Assembly: GCA_036253495.1 (NCBI GenBank)
Contig: GCA_036253495.1_4125.1
DNA length: 64,000 nucleotides
From: a phage
Reading direction: 5' to 3' (one strand)
In this document: in pieces, positions 19,944 through 27,351 of the stretch
Layout of the letters: the number at the start of each line of letters is the position of its first letter
Numbering within the stretch: position 1 is the stretch's first letter
The notes under the pieces: generated by a model
The model's database searches: none
What the model was told of the DNA's origin: nothing
What the model saw: the letters and a program-made list of their open reading frames with translations, nothing else
Made by a program: the position numbers and the translations under genes

Positions 19944-20030
19944 TACTGAATTTTGGGCGTAGTTCCGCACCCCCTGGGGTATCCGCTTTCTCGCGTCTAT
20001 GTAGTAATTATACGCTTTTTTAGTACTGAG
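19944..20030. repeat. ~80-bp repeated intergenic element (copy 2)
   Basis: ACTGAATTTTGGGCGTAG..CACCCCCTGGGG..TAATTATACG..AGTACTGA. Confidence 0.55.
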
Positions 20031-20269
20031 TCAATAGCTAAAAACAAAATAATTGAAAATAATTTAACGCGTTTAAACGGCCCGTAAAGCCCTGGATTGT
20101 TGGGAGTGGTGCAAATGTATAGCTTAGGTGTATTAATGCGTTAGAATGCGTCTGAGGCCGTTTTAAGGGTATAGTACTGAATAATTGTACTCACTGGATT
20201 GATTCAGTACTGAATGATAGTACTCCTATATAGAAAGAAAACTATTTTAAAAGTATTTGCAGAAAGTAC

Positions 20270-20297
20270 TTGCATACTATGTTTAAGGGCGTATAAT
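20270..20297 (+). promoter_or_regulatory. early promoter
   Basis: AAAGTACTTGCAT ... TATAAT GTTTTACATC. Confidence 0.6.
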
Positions 20298-20353
20298 GTT
20301 TTACATCGAGACGGGGGAAACGCTCCTAACTCACTTTAATAGGAATTAAAACG

Positions 20354-20716
20354 ATGGCGACTCAAATCACTAAAATCATTGCTAACCTGGTTAACTTTCG
20401 CGAAGAGATGAAAGATCTTCCGGCTGAGACTGTAAAGATTCATATTTCAGCTTATCGGGAATTGATTGCAATGTTGCCGCTTAAGCGTGAACAATACGCC
20501 GCTACTGTGATGCTTGATGCGATGATCCACAAGATGATTGCCAGTGATTTAACGATGGCTTATCAGTACATGGGCGAACTATTTGCGGTGTATAGTAAAC
20601 CAGTGCCTGGGATGGAAAGTACAGAAGTATTGCACGGCTTAAACTTAAAACAAGATGCATGGGATAATATGCCTCGTTTCCTGGTATGGGCTGACAGTGG
20701 CAAGATTTACGAATAA
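20354..20716 (+). CDS. hypothetical early protein
   Basis: 120 aa; promoter TTGCAT/TATAAT upstream; SD AGGA. Confidence 0.65.
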   Translation: MATQITKIIANLVNFREEMKDLPAETVKIHISAYRELIAMLPLKREQYAATVMLDAMIHKMIASDLTMAYQYMGELFAVYSKPVPGMESTEVLHGLNLKQDAWDNMPRFLVWADSGKIYE

Positions 20717-20730
20717 GTTTTAAAAAGTAC

Positions 20731-20758
20731 TTGCAAAGTAAGTTTAAAAGCGTATAAT
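20731..20758 (+). promoter_or_regulatory. early promoter + 5' stem-loop
   Basis: TTGCAA-16-TATAAT; hairpin GTGGGGAA-tag-TTCCCCAC at ~20770-20789. Confidence 0.65.
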
Positions 20759-20810
20759 GTTTTACATCAGGTGGGGAATAGTTCCCCACTATATAAGAGG
20801 ATTTTTAATT

Positions 20811-21050
20811 ATGGCTACTACTAAAACTTTCAACGGTCACAAAAACAAAACTCATTGGAATGTAAGCCTTTGGATTAATAACGATGAGTCATTGTATCGT
20901 CTGGCGAAAGAATTTATCGACGCTAATACTAATCGTAATGATGCGGCCCGTCATATGATGCTATTTTTAGAACAAATTGGACAAGATAAAACTCCAGACG
21001 GTTTCAAGTATAGCACTACGGCGATCCGTGCTGCAATGGTTGGAATGTAA
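20811..21050 (+). CDS. hypothetical early protein
   Basis: 79 aa from MATTKTF; promoter + 5' hairpin + SD AGAGGA; track extension rejected. Confidence 0.65.
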   Translation: MATTKTFNGHKNKTHWNVSLWINNDESLYRLAKEFIDANTNRNDAARHMMLFLEQIGQDKTPDGFKYSTTAIRAAMVGM

Positions 21051-21071
21051 GAGAATAGATTTAAAGTACTA

Positions 21072-21096
21072 TTGCACGGTGATAGTACTTTATAAT
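21072..21096 (+). promoter_or_regulatory. possible promoter (weak spacing)
   Basis: TTGCAC ... TATAAT with short spacer. Confidence 0.3.
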
Positions 21097-21132
21097 AGAT
21101 TTCTTTTATACAACAACGATAGGGGTAACAGC

Positions 21133-21399
21133 ATGAATATTATATACTTTGCAACGCGTGAACAAGCTCGGCAAGCGGCAAAGGTTGACGGTGCAACGTT
21201 TAAAGATATGGGCGTACAATCTGAACGTGGTAAACGTTGGGCCGTAGTAAAGCAAAGTACAGCCCGATCAATTCAGTACTGGCTATCGGCTTTAAAGAGT
21301 CCTGATAGTGTATCGCGTCGAGTGGTAGAAATAAAGCACGACCGCAAGGGCAACCGTGTTACTGTGTACAGTACTAAAAAGATTGCAGTACTTGAATAA
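21133..21399 (+). CDS. hypothetical early protein (paralog of 33805-34200)
   Basis: 88 aa; shares FYATREQAR..GA.FKDMG..RWAV and HDRKGNRVTVYS with 33805-34200. Confidence 0.65.
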   Translation: MNIIYFATREQARQAAKVDGATFKDMGVQSERGKRWAVVKQSTARSIQYWLSALKSPDSVSRRVVEIKHDRKGNRVTVYSTKKIAVLE

Positions 21400-21405
21400 A
21401 AGTAC

Positions 21406-21433
21406 TTGCAAAGTAATTAGATTAACGTATAAT
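21406..21433 (+). promoter_or_regulatory. early promoter + 5' stem-loop
   Basis: TTGCAA-16-TATAAT; hairpin GTGGGGAA/TTCCCCAC. Confidence 0.65.
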
Positions 21434-21486
21434 ACTTTCTATCAGGTGGGGAATAGTTCCCCACTACAAATAAGAGGATTTTTAAA

Positions 21487-21717
21487 ATGGCTATTATGTA
21501 TATGACCGAAGTTAAAACCGTAAAAGATACTACCACTAATAAAACTACTTACTTACAGCGGGTATGCGGTGTATGGCAACGTATTAGTAAAGCAAAGTAC
21601 TTTAAATTAACATCATATGCTAATCGTTCGGATTCATTCAGTACTGAAATAAAAGGTAATAAATTACACCAATACGGCACTTATTATTATTATAGCCTGG
21701 ACGCGATTGCAGTCTAA
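21487..21717 (+). CDS. hypothetical early protein
   Basis: 76 aa; 5' region nearly identical to that of 20811-21050. Confidence 0.65.
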   Translation: MAIMYMTEVKTVKDTTTNKTTYLQRVCGVWQRISKAKYFKLTSYANRSDSFSTEIKGNKLHQYGTYYYYSLDAIAV

Positions 21718-21747
21718 GCAGTTTACAAATCTTTACAATTGCCGGTA

Positions 21748-21776
21748 TTGACTTATTTTGTCAGTACTGGCATAAT
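21748..21776 (+). promoter_or_regulatory. sigma70-like promoter in non-coding region
   Basis: TTGACT-17-CATAAT. Confidence 0.5.
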
Positions 21777-21968
21777 GTATCTATTGAAACGAACAATTTG
21801 GCCCACGGGGTGCGGGAGTGTATCTATAGAAAAAGTAGTTTAGTACAGTTACAATTGTGCACCCTATGGGTTAGCTGTTGTCATGGGGTATATTATACCA
21901 GTACTTGATAATGCTGTCAATACTTTTTTTTTACTATTCAGTACTGAAAACTATTTTTTAAAAAGTAC

Positions 21969-21996
21969 TTGCATACTATGTTTAAAGGCGTATAAT
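21969..21996 (+). promoter_or_regulatory. early promoter (upstream of structured leader)
   Basis: AAAAAGTACTTGCAT ... TATAAT GTTTTACATCAG. Confidence 0.6.
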
Positions 21997-22002
21997 GTTT
22001 TA

Positions 22003-22085
22003 CATCAGGACGGGGAACGAAATAAGTAACTCCCCGTTAAGTAGCCCAGGAGTAAGGCACACGAAAAACTCCCCTGATAAAATAG
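22003..22085 (+). other. conserved structured 5' leader RNA between tandem promoters (copy 1)
   Basis: ACGGGGAAcgaaataagtaaCTCCCCGT hairpin then CCAGGAG...CTCCCCTG; copy at 32613-32694 shows covariation. Confidence 0.5.
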
Positions 22086-22114
22086 TTTGACAAATGTTTT
22101 TAAAAGCGTATAAT
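22086..22114 (+). promoter_or_regulatory. second (proximal) promoter
   Basis: TTGACA-17-TATAAT, 30 nt before ATG 22147. Confidence 0.55.
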
Positions 22115-22146
22115 ACTTACATCAACTACTGAATGAGAGTTACAAA

Positions 22147-22821
22147 ATGAAAACTATCACTACTACTACTTTCGTTATGGATTTTTCTGAATTGAATGAG
22201 GGTGGCAAAGCGAAAACTATCACTACTACTACTTATGTTATGGCTTTTTCTGAATTGACCGCAGAACAACAAACGTCAGCTATCGAACTGGTTCGGGATC
22301 GTGAGCGTTCATGCGGGGATGATTTCTTTTCTGAGTCAGTGATCGAATACTATAAAGAAACATTATTGCCGGAATATGGCATTAATGACGCAGATTTACG
22401 ATTCAGTGGTTTTTGGTCGCAGGGTGACGGTGCATCAATCAGTACTGATCACGTTGACGGTGTGAAGTTTTTACGCAAGATTAAAGCATTAACTAAGTAT
22501 CGTTCTATCCGTCACCTGCTGAATGAAGATGATTTGGCAATGAGTGTAAAGCGTTCTCACTCCCACTACTCGCATGAAAACACTGTAAGCGGGTACATTG
22601 AATCGGCTTACACTGATTTAACCGCAAAACAAGAAACGTTAGTTAATGAGCTTGAGGAACTACTCACTGAAACTATTCGTGAATTATCTCGCAAGTTGTA
22701 CCGTGATTTAGAGAATGCATATGAGGATCAATTCACTACTGAGAACATTGTAGCACTGATTGAGGGTAACGAATATCAATTCAATGTTATTGATGGCGTA
22801 GTAGAATCAATCGAATATTAA
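22147..22821 (+). CDS. hypothetical protein with N-terminal in-frame tandem duplication
   Basis: 224 aa; KTITTTT(F/Y)VM(D/A)FSEL repeated twice; tandem promoters and structured leader upstream. Confidence 0.65.
   Translation: MKTITTTTFVMDFSELNEGGKAKTITTTTYVMAFSELTAEQQTSAIELVRDRERSCGDDFFSESVIEYYKETLLPEYGINDADLRFSGFWSQGDGASISTDHVDGVKFLRKIKALTKYRSIRHLLNEDDLAMSVKRSHSHYSHENTVSGYIESAYTDLTAKQETLVNELEELLTETIRELSRKLYRDLENAYEDQFTTENIVALIEGNEYQFNVIDGVVESIEY
22150..22262 (+). repeat. in-frame tandem duplication (~66-bp period) at 5' end of CDS 22147-22821
   Basis: AAAACTATCACTACTACTACTT..GTTATGG.TTTTTCTGAATTGA present twice. Confidence 0.8.
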
Positions 22822-22877
22822 TTCAGTACTGAATCAATGGCGGGAGTGGTTCCCGCCTATAACCAGGAGTAAGCATC

Positions 22878-23111
22878 ATGATCGAACAAATTCAAACGAC
22901 TACTAGCCGGAGCGGAACGAAAGTACATTCCATCGCTGATACTGATAAAGGTGTACCCTATTGTGCTGTACACGTAAACACTGACGGTGACTATTGGTTA
23001 ACTGTATACGGGCGTTACTCGTTTGCTTTTAGTGCACATAGTAAGATCCTGGAAGTAGTGAAGCCAACGGGTAAAAATATTACCGCTGAAATGTTTTATA
23101 AAAAGCACTAA
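22878..23111 (+). CDS. hypothetical early protein (paralog of 24247-24483)
   Basis: 77 aa; GVPYCAVHVNTDG.YW.TVYG..SF and PTGKNITAEMFYKK shared with 24247-24483. Confidence 0.65.
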   Translation: MIEQIQTTTSRSGTKVHSIADTDKGVPYCAVHVNTDGDYWLTVYGRYSFAFSAHSKILEVVKPTGKNITAEMFYKKH

Positions 23112-23118
23112 AAAGTAC

Positions 23119-23146
23119 TTGCAAAGTAATTAGATTAACGTATAAT
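23119..23146 (+). promoter_or_regulatory. early promoter + 5' stem-loop
   Basis: TTGCAA-16-TATAAT; hairpin GCGGGAA/TTCCCGC. Confidence 0.65.
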
Positions 23147-23196
23147 ACTTTATATCGAGAGCGGGAATAGTTCCCGCCTATACTGAGGATTATCTA

Positions 23197-23478
23197 ATGA
23201 GCAAAGTAATTAACTATACAGTACTAAGCAAGTCATTGTCTATCAGTGAGTGCACCGATGGTTATTGGCTTTATGATGAAACGCGTGGCATGAATTTAGC
23301 TATGCAGGAGAAAACTACTGATGCGGCATATCTTAAAGCACTGGAATACTACCAGAAGCGTTTAAAGGAAGTAGAAAACGATTATAATAACCTGAAAGCG
23401 AAAGTAGATAATTTCGTTGGTCAATTCGTTGACGATGACGAGGGGCACTACTGCGACCGTTGCGGATCTTACAGTTAA
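23197..23478 (+). CDS. hypothetical early protein
   Basis: 93 aa; promoter + hairpin GCGGGAA/TTCCCGC upstream. Confidence 0.6.
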   Translation: MSKVINYTVLSKSLSISECTDGYWLYDETRGMNLAMQEKTTDAAYLKALEYYQKRLKEVENDYNNLKAKVDNFVGQFVDDDEGHYCDRCGSYS

Positions 23479-23495
23479 GTACTAAGGATTATATA

Positions 23496-23699
23496 ATGAG
23501 TGATTTAATTGAACGTATCAAAGAGCTTGAAGAAAAAGAATTGCAGCTAATCGGCTTACAGAATAAAATCTATCATGATTTGGGGAGTTTTATCAATGCC
23601 TGGGATAGTGGCGATCCTGATGCGTTACCTGCTAACCGCCAGGCGATGATCAATGATGTGCGTCGTGTCTTTGAGTATGTTTTTAAGCAATTAAATTAA
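23496..23699 (+). CDS. hypothetical early protein
   Basis: 67 aa from MSDLIERIKELEE; SD AAGGA; track start 23460 rejected. Confidence 0.55.
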   Translation: MSDLIERIKELEEKELQLIGLQNKIYHDLGSFINAWDSGDPDALPANRQAMINDVRRVFEYVFKQLN

Positions 23700-23706
23700 A
23701 AAGTAC

Positions 23707-23734
23707 TTGCAATTAGTTTTCAGTACTGTATAAT
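23707..23734 (+). promoter_or_regulatory. early promoter + 5' stem-loop
   Basis: TTGCAA ... cAGTACTG TATAAT; hairpin GGGGAGAA/TTCTCCC. Confidence 0.65.
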
Positions 23735-23784
23735 AGTTTACATCAAGGGGAGAAATGGTTCTCCCTGGTAATGAGGAAAATACA

Positions 23785-24006
23785 ATGGCTAACATTACTA
23801 CCCTTTCCCAACTTGAAGCACTGGTTAAATCTATGCGGGAACATGCCGACAATATCGGCGTAAAAGATCCAGCCGTTTGCTTCTGCGACGATGTAAATGA
23901 TGATACACTGGTAATAGCAGAAGTCCAGGACGTTTCTAACTATTCATCGCGTTACACTGGCGGTGTAGCAAATAAAGGTGACTTCTGTTTATACCTTACT
24001 AAGTAA
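23785..24006 (+). CDS. hypothetical early protein
   Basis: 73 aa from MANITTLSQ; promoter + hairpin upstream; terminator downstream. Confidence 0.65.
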   Translation: MANITTLSQLEALVKSMREHADNIGVKDPAVCFCDDVNDDTLVIAEVQDVSNYSSRYTGGVANKGDFCLYLTK

Positions 24007-24010
24007 TACA

Positions 24011-24040
24011 GAGGGGATCGATTGATCCCCTTTATTTTGC
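24011..24040 (+). terminator. rho-independent terminator
   Basis: GGGGATC-gatt-GATCCCC + TTTATTTT. Confidence 0.7.
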
Positions 24041-24127
24041 AGTACTGAATCATTTAATAGACGGATCTATGCACCCGGTGGGTTAGAGACTGTATCGTCT
24101 TGATGTAGTAATTATGCCAGTACTGGA
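24041..24127. repeat. ~80-bp repeated intergenic element (copy 3)
   Basis: AGTACTGAA..CTATGCACCCGGTGGGTTAGAG..GTAATTATGCCAGTACTGG. Confidence 0.6.
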
Positions 24128-24172
24128 TGCAGTTGTCAAGAACTATTTTTCAAATACTTTTTATTAAAATAC

Positions 24173-24200
24173 TTGCTAATAGTTTTTAAACGCGTATAAT
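24173..24200 (+). promoter_or_regulatory. early promoter + 5' stem-loop
   Basis: TTGCTA-16-TATAAT; hairpin GGGGAgcgGTTCCCC. Confidence 0.6.
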
Positions 24201-24246
24201 GTTTTGCATAGGGGAGCGGTTCCCCTGGTAACTAAGGAATAAGAAA

Positions 24247-24483
24247 ATGCTTGAACAAATCAAAACAACGTCTGCGAATGTAACGGGAACGGTATCACAC
24301 TTTATTGGTGATGAATCGCGGGGCGTACCCTATTGTGCTGTACATGTAAACACTGATGGCAACTACTGGTTTACGGTTTACGGATCTTATTCATTTGGTC
24401 GACCTGGACATCAAAAAATCCTGGATAAAGTACAGCCAACGGGTAAAAATATCACTGCTGAAATGTTTTATAAAAAATCATAA
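24247..24483 (+). CDS. hypothetical early protein (paralog of 22878-23111)
   Basis: 78 aa; promoter + hairpin upstream. Confidence 0.65.
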   Translation: MLEQIKTTSANVTGTVSHFIGDESRGVPYCAVHVNTDGNYWFTVYGSYSFGRPGHQKILDKVQPTGKNITAEMFYKKS

Positions 24484-24488
24484 AGTAC

Positions 24489-24516
24489 TTGCAATTAGTT
24501 TTTAGTACTGTATAAT
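24489..24516 (+). promoter_or_regulatory. early promoter + 5' stem-loop
   Basis: TTGCAA-16-TATAAT; hairpin GGGGGAAC/GTTCCCC. Confidence 0.65.
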
Positions 24517-24566
24517 ATTTTACATAGCAAGGGGGAACGGTTCCCCTGGTAACTAAGGATAATCAA

Positions 24567-24866
24567 ATGAAAATTGCAATCATCGCCCTGGCTTTATCTG
24601 TTTCCTCTTTCGCTGTTAATGCGTCATTAGATGTACCTGGTGATAAATTCATTCAGTGCACAGTAGCAATGACAGATGAAAGTACTGGCGAGATTGTTTT
24701 AAAGGATCTGGAATTACAGCCAGAAGCATTTAAAAACGGGCCGTTCCATGAAGAAGACGAAAAAGGTAGCACAACAATTTATTATGATGCAATGAAAAAA
24801 CGTGGTTCTGTCACTGTTATGGATACTGAGAAAGTAACGCATACAGGCGTTATTAACTGCCTATAA
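24567..24866 (+). CDS. small secreted protein (signal peptide)
   Basis: MKIAIIALALSVSSFAVNA then mature part; terminator downstream. Confidence 0.65.
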   Translation: MKIAIIALALSVSSFAVNASLDVPGDKFIQCTVAMTDESTGEIVLKDLELQPEAFKNGPFHEEDEKGSTTIYYDAMKKRGSVTVMDTEKVTHTGVINCL

Positions 24867-24885
24867 TACATCAGTACTGAATCAC

Positions 24886-24915
24886 TAGCCCACTATAAGC
24901 AGTGGGCTTTTTTGT
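24886..24915 (+). terminator. rho-independent terminator
   Basis: AGCCCACT-ataagc-AGTGGGCT + TTTTTG. Confidence 0.75.
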
Positions 24916-24961
24916 AGTATCGTAGTACTGGAATACTTTGAAAATAGTTTTAAAAAAGTAG

Positions 24962-24990
24962 TTGACATTACCGCAAAAAGGCGTAGAATG
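24962..24990 (+). promoter_or_regulatory. promoter with long leader (H-NS-like gene)
   Basis: TTGACA-17-TAGAAT; ~120-nt leader before ATG 25113. Confidence 0.55.
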
Positions 24991-25112
24991 TATTACATCA
25001 AGACGGGGAACACTAAGTAGACCGCCAGTAAGTCGAACGAAAAACTGGACACGTCGAGAAAACTTTGATACACTAACTAACGTAAACTAAACTTTAATTG
25101 AGGAATTACATA

Positions 25113-25595
25113 ATGGCTAACGTAAAATCATTCATCAAAGCACTGGTAGCAAATGAAACTAACGTAGCGGCAGAAATCCTGGCCGAACTGGATAGCGATA
25201 CCATGAAAGCAGTACGCAACAATTTTAACATTGCGTACAGCGAAGCGAAAGAACTGCAAGCTAATAAAGCGGCAGCACTTGAAGCTGAGAAGGCAGCACG
25301 CGAAGCTGAATTGCAGAAAACGATTGAAGATATTAACGCCGCCGTCGCTGGGCTTGATCTGGAAGTAGTTACCGAAATGGCACGTAAAGCCCTGGCAGCG
25401 AAATACGGGGAAGACAAGCCAGAAGTAAAAGCTAAAAAATGGATTCAAGAACGTGTGACGGTTGTACTGGATAATGGCGAGGAATACACTGTACCAGTAC
25501 GCGGTAACTGCATTGCGGTAGTACTGGATGCTATCAAAGAAAGCGGATTGACTCGCGAGGAATGGATCGAATCTCATCGCAAAGTTGAAGCATAA
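25113..25595 (+). CDS. H-NS-like protein candidate (coiled-coil N-terminus, H-NS-like C-terminal domain)
   Basis: Ala/Glu/Lys-rich N-terminal half; C-terminus LDNGEEYTVPVRGNCIAVVLDAIKESGLTREEWI resembles H-NS [33 protein letters not shown]; long 5' leader; terminator. Confidence 0.45.
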   Translation: MANVKSFIKALVANETNVAAEILAELDSDTMKAVRNNFNIAYSEAKELQANKAAALEAEKAAREAELQKTIEDINAAVAGLDLEVVTEMARKALAAKYGEDKPEVKAKKWIQERVTVVLDNGEEYTVPVRGNCIAVVLDAIKESGLTREEWIESHRKVEA

Positions 25596-25615
25596 CAATT
25601 AAAGTACTGAATCAC

Positions 25616-25646
25616 TAGCCCACCTTAAACAGTGGGCTTTTTTTGT
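25616..25646 (+). terminator. rho-independent terminator
   Basis: AGCCCAC-cttaaac-AGTGGGCT + TTTTTTT. Confidence 0.75.
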
Positions 25647-25663
25647 GTCTATAGTATCCCAGT

Positions 25664-25733
25664 CCACCAGCACCGCCTAGAATCGATTCTAACGCATTAA
25701 ACTGATTATCTGATGCATCGCCCTAGCTGGTGG
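25664..25733. repeat. inverted repeat bounded by Chi octamers
   Basis: CCACCAGC (25664-25671) and GCTGGTGG (25726-25733); inner inverted CGATTCTAACGCATT / CGTTAGAATGCGATT. Confidence 0.6.
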
Positions 25734-25798
25734 CGTTAAGGTCGTTAGAATGCGATTGAGAGCGTTTAAAGTATTTTGCAAAAAGTAATAAAAAGTAC

Positions 25799-25826
25799 TT
25801 GCACGATAAAGAGATTAGCGTATAAT
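25799..25826 (+). promoter_or_regulatory. early promoter
   Basis: AAAAAGTACTTGCAC-16-TATAAT. Confidence 0.6.
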
Positions 25827-25871
25827 TAATTACATCAAGGCGAGACACCTTAACTAACTGAGGATATAAAG

Positions 25872-26024
25872 ATGAATACTTATGAACTGGATTGTTTCAC
25901 TTTACAAGTAATGTCAGTATGCAGTAAAAAAGATTGGTCATCAAAGGAATTTAAAGCAGTTATCGCGTGTGCAAAACACGGCAAGACTATCAATGAAACG
26001 GCATCAATCATTGATAAACTTTAA
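25872..26024 (+). CDS. small hypothetical protein (50 aa, not in ORF track)
   Basis: promoter TTGCAC/TATAAT upstream, SD GAGGA; MNTYELDCFTLQVMSVCSKK... Confidence 0.5.
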   Translation: MNTYELDCFTLQVMSVCSKKDWSSKEFKAVIACAKHGKTINETASIIDKL

Positions 26025-26032
26025 AAAATAGT

Positions 26033-26061
26033 TTGACAATAGTTTTAAGTACTGCGATAAT
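26033..26061 (+). promoter_or_regulatory. early promoter
   Basis: TTGACA-17-GATAAT. Confidence 0.55.
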
Positions 26062-26094
26062 ACATACATCAACTACTGAATAGGAATCAAAACA

Positions 26095-26322
26095 ATGGCT
26101 ATCGTAATCACTCGCGTAACTGGTACTACTGGCAATTCTTCTACTGTTGCTGTAATTACTAATAAGAAAGGTGCGGAATTGCATTTTGCAATGGATACCT
26201 GGGCAGTGAATGAGTTCGGTCAGTGGGCTAGTGTAGAATACATTGAATCCTATCAAGTGCCATCGATTAGCTTAACTGATTTAGGTGTAGAACGTATCCT
26301 TTGCCTGGATGAATTAAATTAA
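26095..26322 (+). CDS. hypothetical early protein
   Basis: 75 aa; promoter TTGACA/GATAAT upstream. Confidence 0.6.
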   Translation: MAIVITRVTGTTGNSSTVAVITNKKGAELHFAMDTWAVNEFGQWASVEYIESYQVPSISLTDLGVERILCLDELN

Positions 26323-26330
26323 AAAAGTAC

Positions 26331-26358
26331 TTGCAAAGTAAATCAAATAAAGTATAAT
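26331..26358 (+). promoter_or_regulatory. early promoter + 5' stem-loop
   Basis: TTGCAA-16-TATAAT; hairpin GGGGAGAA/TTCTCCCC. Confidence 0.65.
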
Positions 26359-26408
26359 ACATTACATCAAGGGGAGAAATGGTTCTCCCCACTAAGAGGA
26401 AACGAAAA

Positions 26409-26552
26409 ATGAAAACTTGTCAATGTGGTAAAAAATCTATTACTGGTTTAAAGCGGGGCGTTGCTCTTTGTCAGTATCACTATAATGCTCAAGTATGGGG
26501 TAAAGAGTGGGCCGACCGGGTTGAAGCATCAAAGAAAGCAAAAAGTAAGTAA
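26409..26552 (+). CDS. small Cys-rich protein (47 aa, not in ORF track)
   Basis: MKTCQCGKK...CQYHY; promoter + hairpin + SD AGAGGA upstream. Confidence 0.5.
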   Translation: MKTCQCGKKSITGLKRGVALCQYHYNAQVWGKEWADRVEASKKAKSK

Positions 26553-26571
26553 AAATATTATCACAGTACTA

Positions 26572-26600
26572 TTGACATAGATTGATAGTACTGGCATAAT
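26572..26600 (+). promoter_or_regulatory. early promoter (duplicated cassette, copy 1)
   Basis: TTGACA-17-CATAAT; same 90-bp cassette at 26857-26947 and 30738-30827. Confidence 0.6.
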
Positions 26601-26643
26601 AGATTTTATCAAGACAACACATATTAATTTAAGGAATACTAAA

Positions 26644-26856
26644 ATGGCTATCATTATTAAAAACAAAGTTAACAAGACTATCGTTAAACTGGCAGAAGTG
26701 AAAGAAGGTTATAAAGTATCTTGGGAGGGTTTTTATAGGATGTTCACAGATATAGACGATGCAATCAAGTACTACACTGATACGGTTGCTGACTTTGTTC
26801 GTTCTGATGTAGTAATGGCAGTTGCACAACATAAAGCATCGAAAGAAAGTAAGTAA
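26644..26856 (+). CDS. hypothetical early protein (cassette paralog, cf. 30828-31007)
   Basis: 70 aa; near-identical promoter/leader to 26857-26947 and 30738-30827. Confidence 0.65.
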   Translation: MAIIIKNKVNKTIVKLAEVKEGYKVSWEGFYRMFTDIDDAIKYYTDTVADFVRSDVVMAVAQHKASKESK

Positions 26857-26875
26857 AATTATTATCACAGTACTA

Positions 26876-26904
26876 TTGACATAGTTTGATAGTACTGGCA
26901 TAAT
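26876..26904 (+). promoter_or_regulatory. early promoter (duplicated cassette, copy 2)
   Basis: TTGACA-17-CATAAT. Confidence 0.6.
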
Positions 26905-26947
26905 AGATTTTATCAAGACAACACATATTAATTTAAGGAATACTAAA

Positions 26948-27271
26948 ATGGCTAAAACTATCATTAACACCGTATCCCTGGCTGCAATCCGTGCAATCAA
27001 TGTTGACGGTAAACGTTGGACTGATTCATATGGCAATACTTATCATTCTTGTCATGTAAGCGTTGAACTGGATAACGGTGTGAATGATCTGGCGGTTGAA
27101 TCATTTACTTATGGCTATGAAGATGCATATCAACAAACGGCGTTATCTCTCTTAAAGGAATCAGTAGATGGGCTTGATACTGTTGAAACCTCCCTTAATC
27201 GTTTGTGCAATGATTTGTCTATCCCGTTGCATTGTACTGTACAGAATGTTAAACGCAAAAAAGATCTTTAA
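26948..27271 (+). CDS. hypothetical early protein (paralog of 33386-33709)
   Basis: 107 aa; RWTDS.GNTYHSC, FTYGY, VKRKKD shared with 33386-33709. Confidence 0.7.
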   Translation: MAKTIINTVSLAAIRAINVDGKRWTDSYGNTYHSCHVSVELDNGVNDLAVESFTYGYEDAYQQTALSLLKESVDGLDTVETSLNRLCNDLSIPLHCTVQNVKRKKDL

Positions 27272-27351
27272 TTAGCTTTACTTTATGCAGATACTTTGAT
27301 ATAGTGTCTGCATAGGGGAAAGAAATTAAATTAACTTAAGAGGATAGTATA

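Noticed and set aside
18361-20353. tRNA genes in the non-coding region
   Set aside because: No cloverleaf-compatible segments or T-loop GTTCGAATCC-like motifs found by eye; the GGGCGTA-starting repeats do not fold as tRNAs. A tRNAscan-SE run would be decisive.
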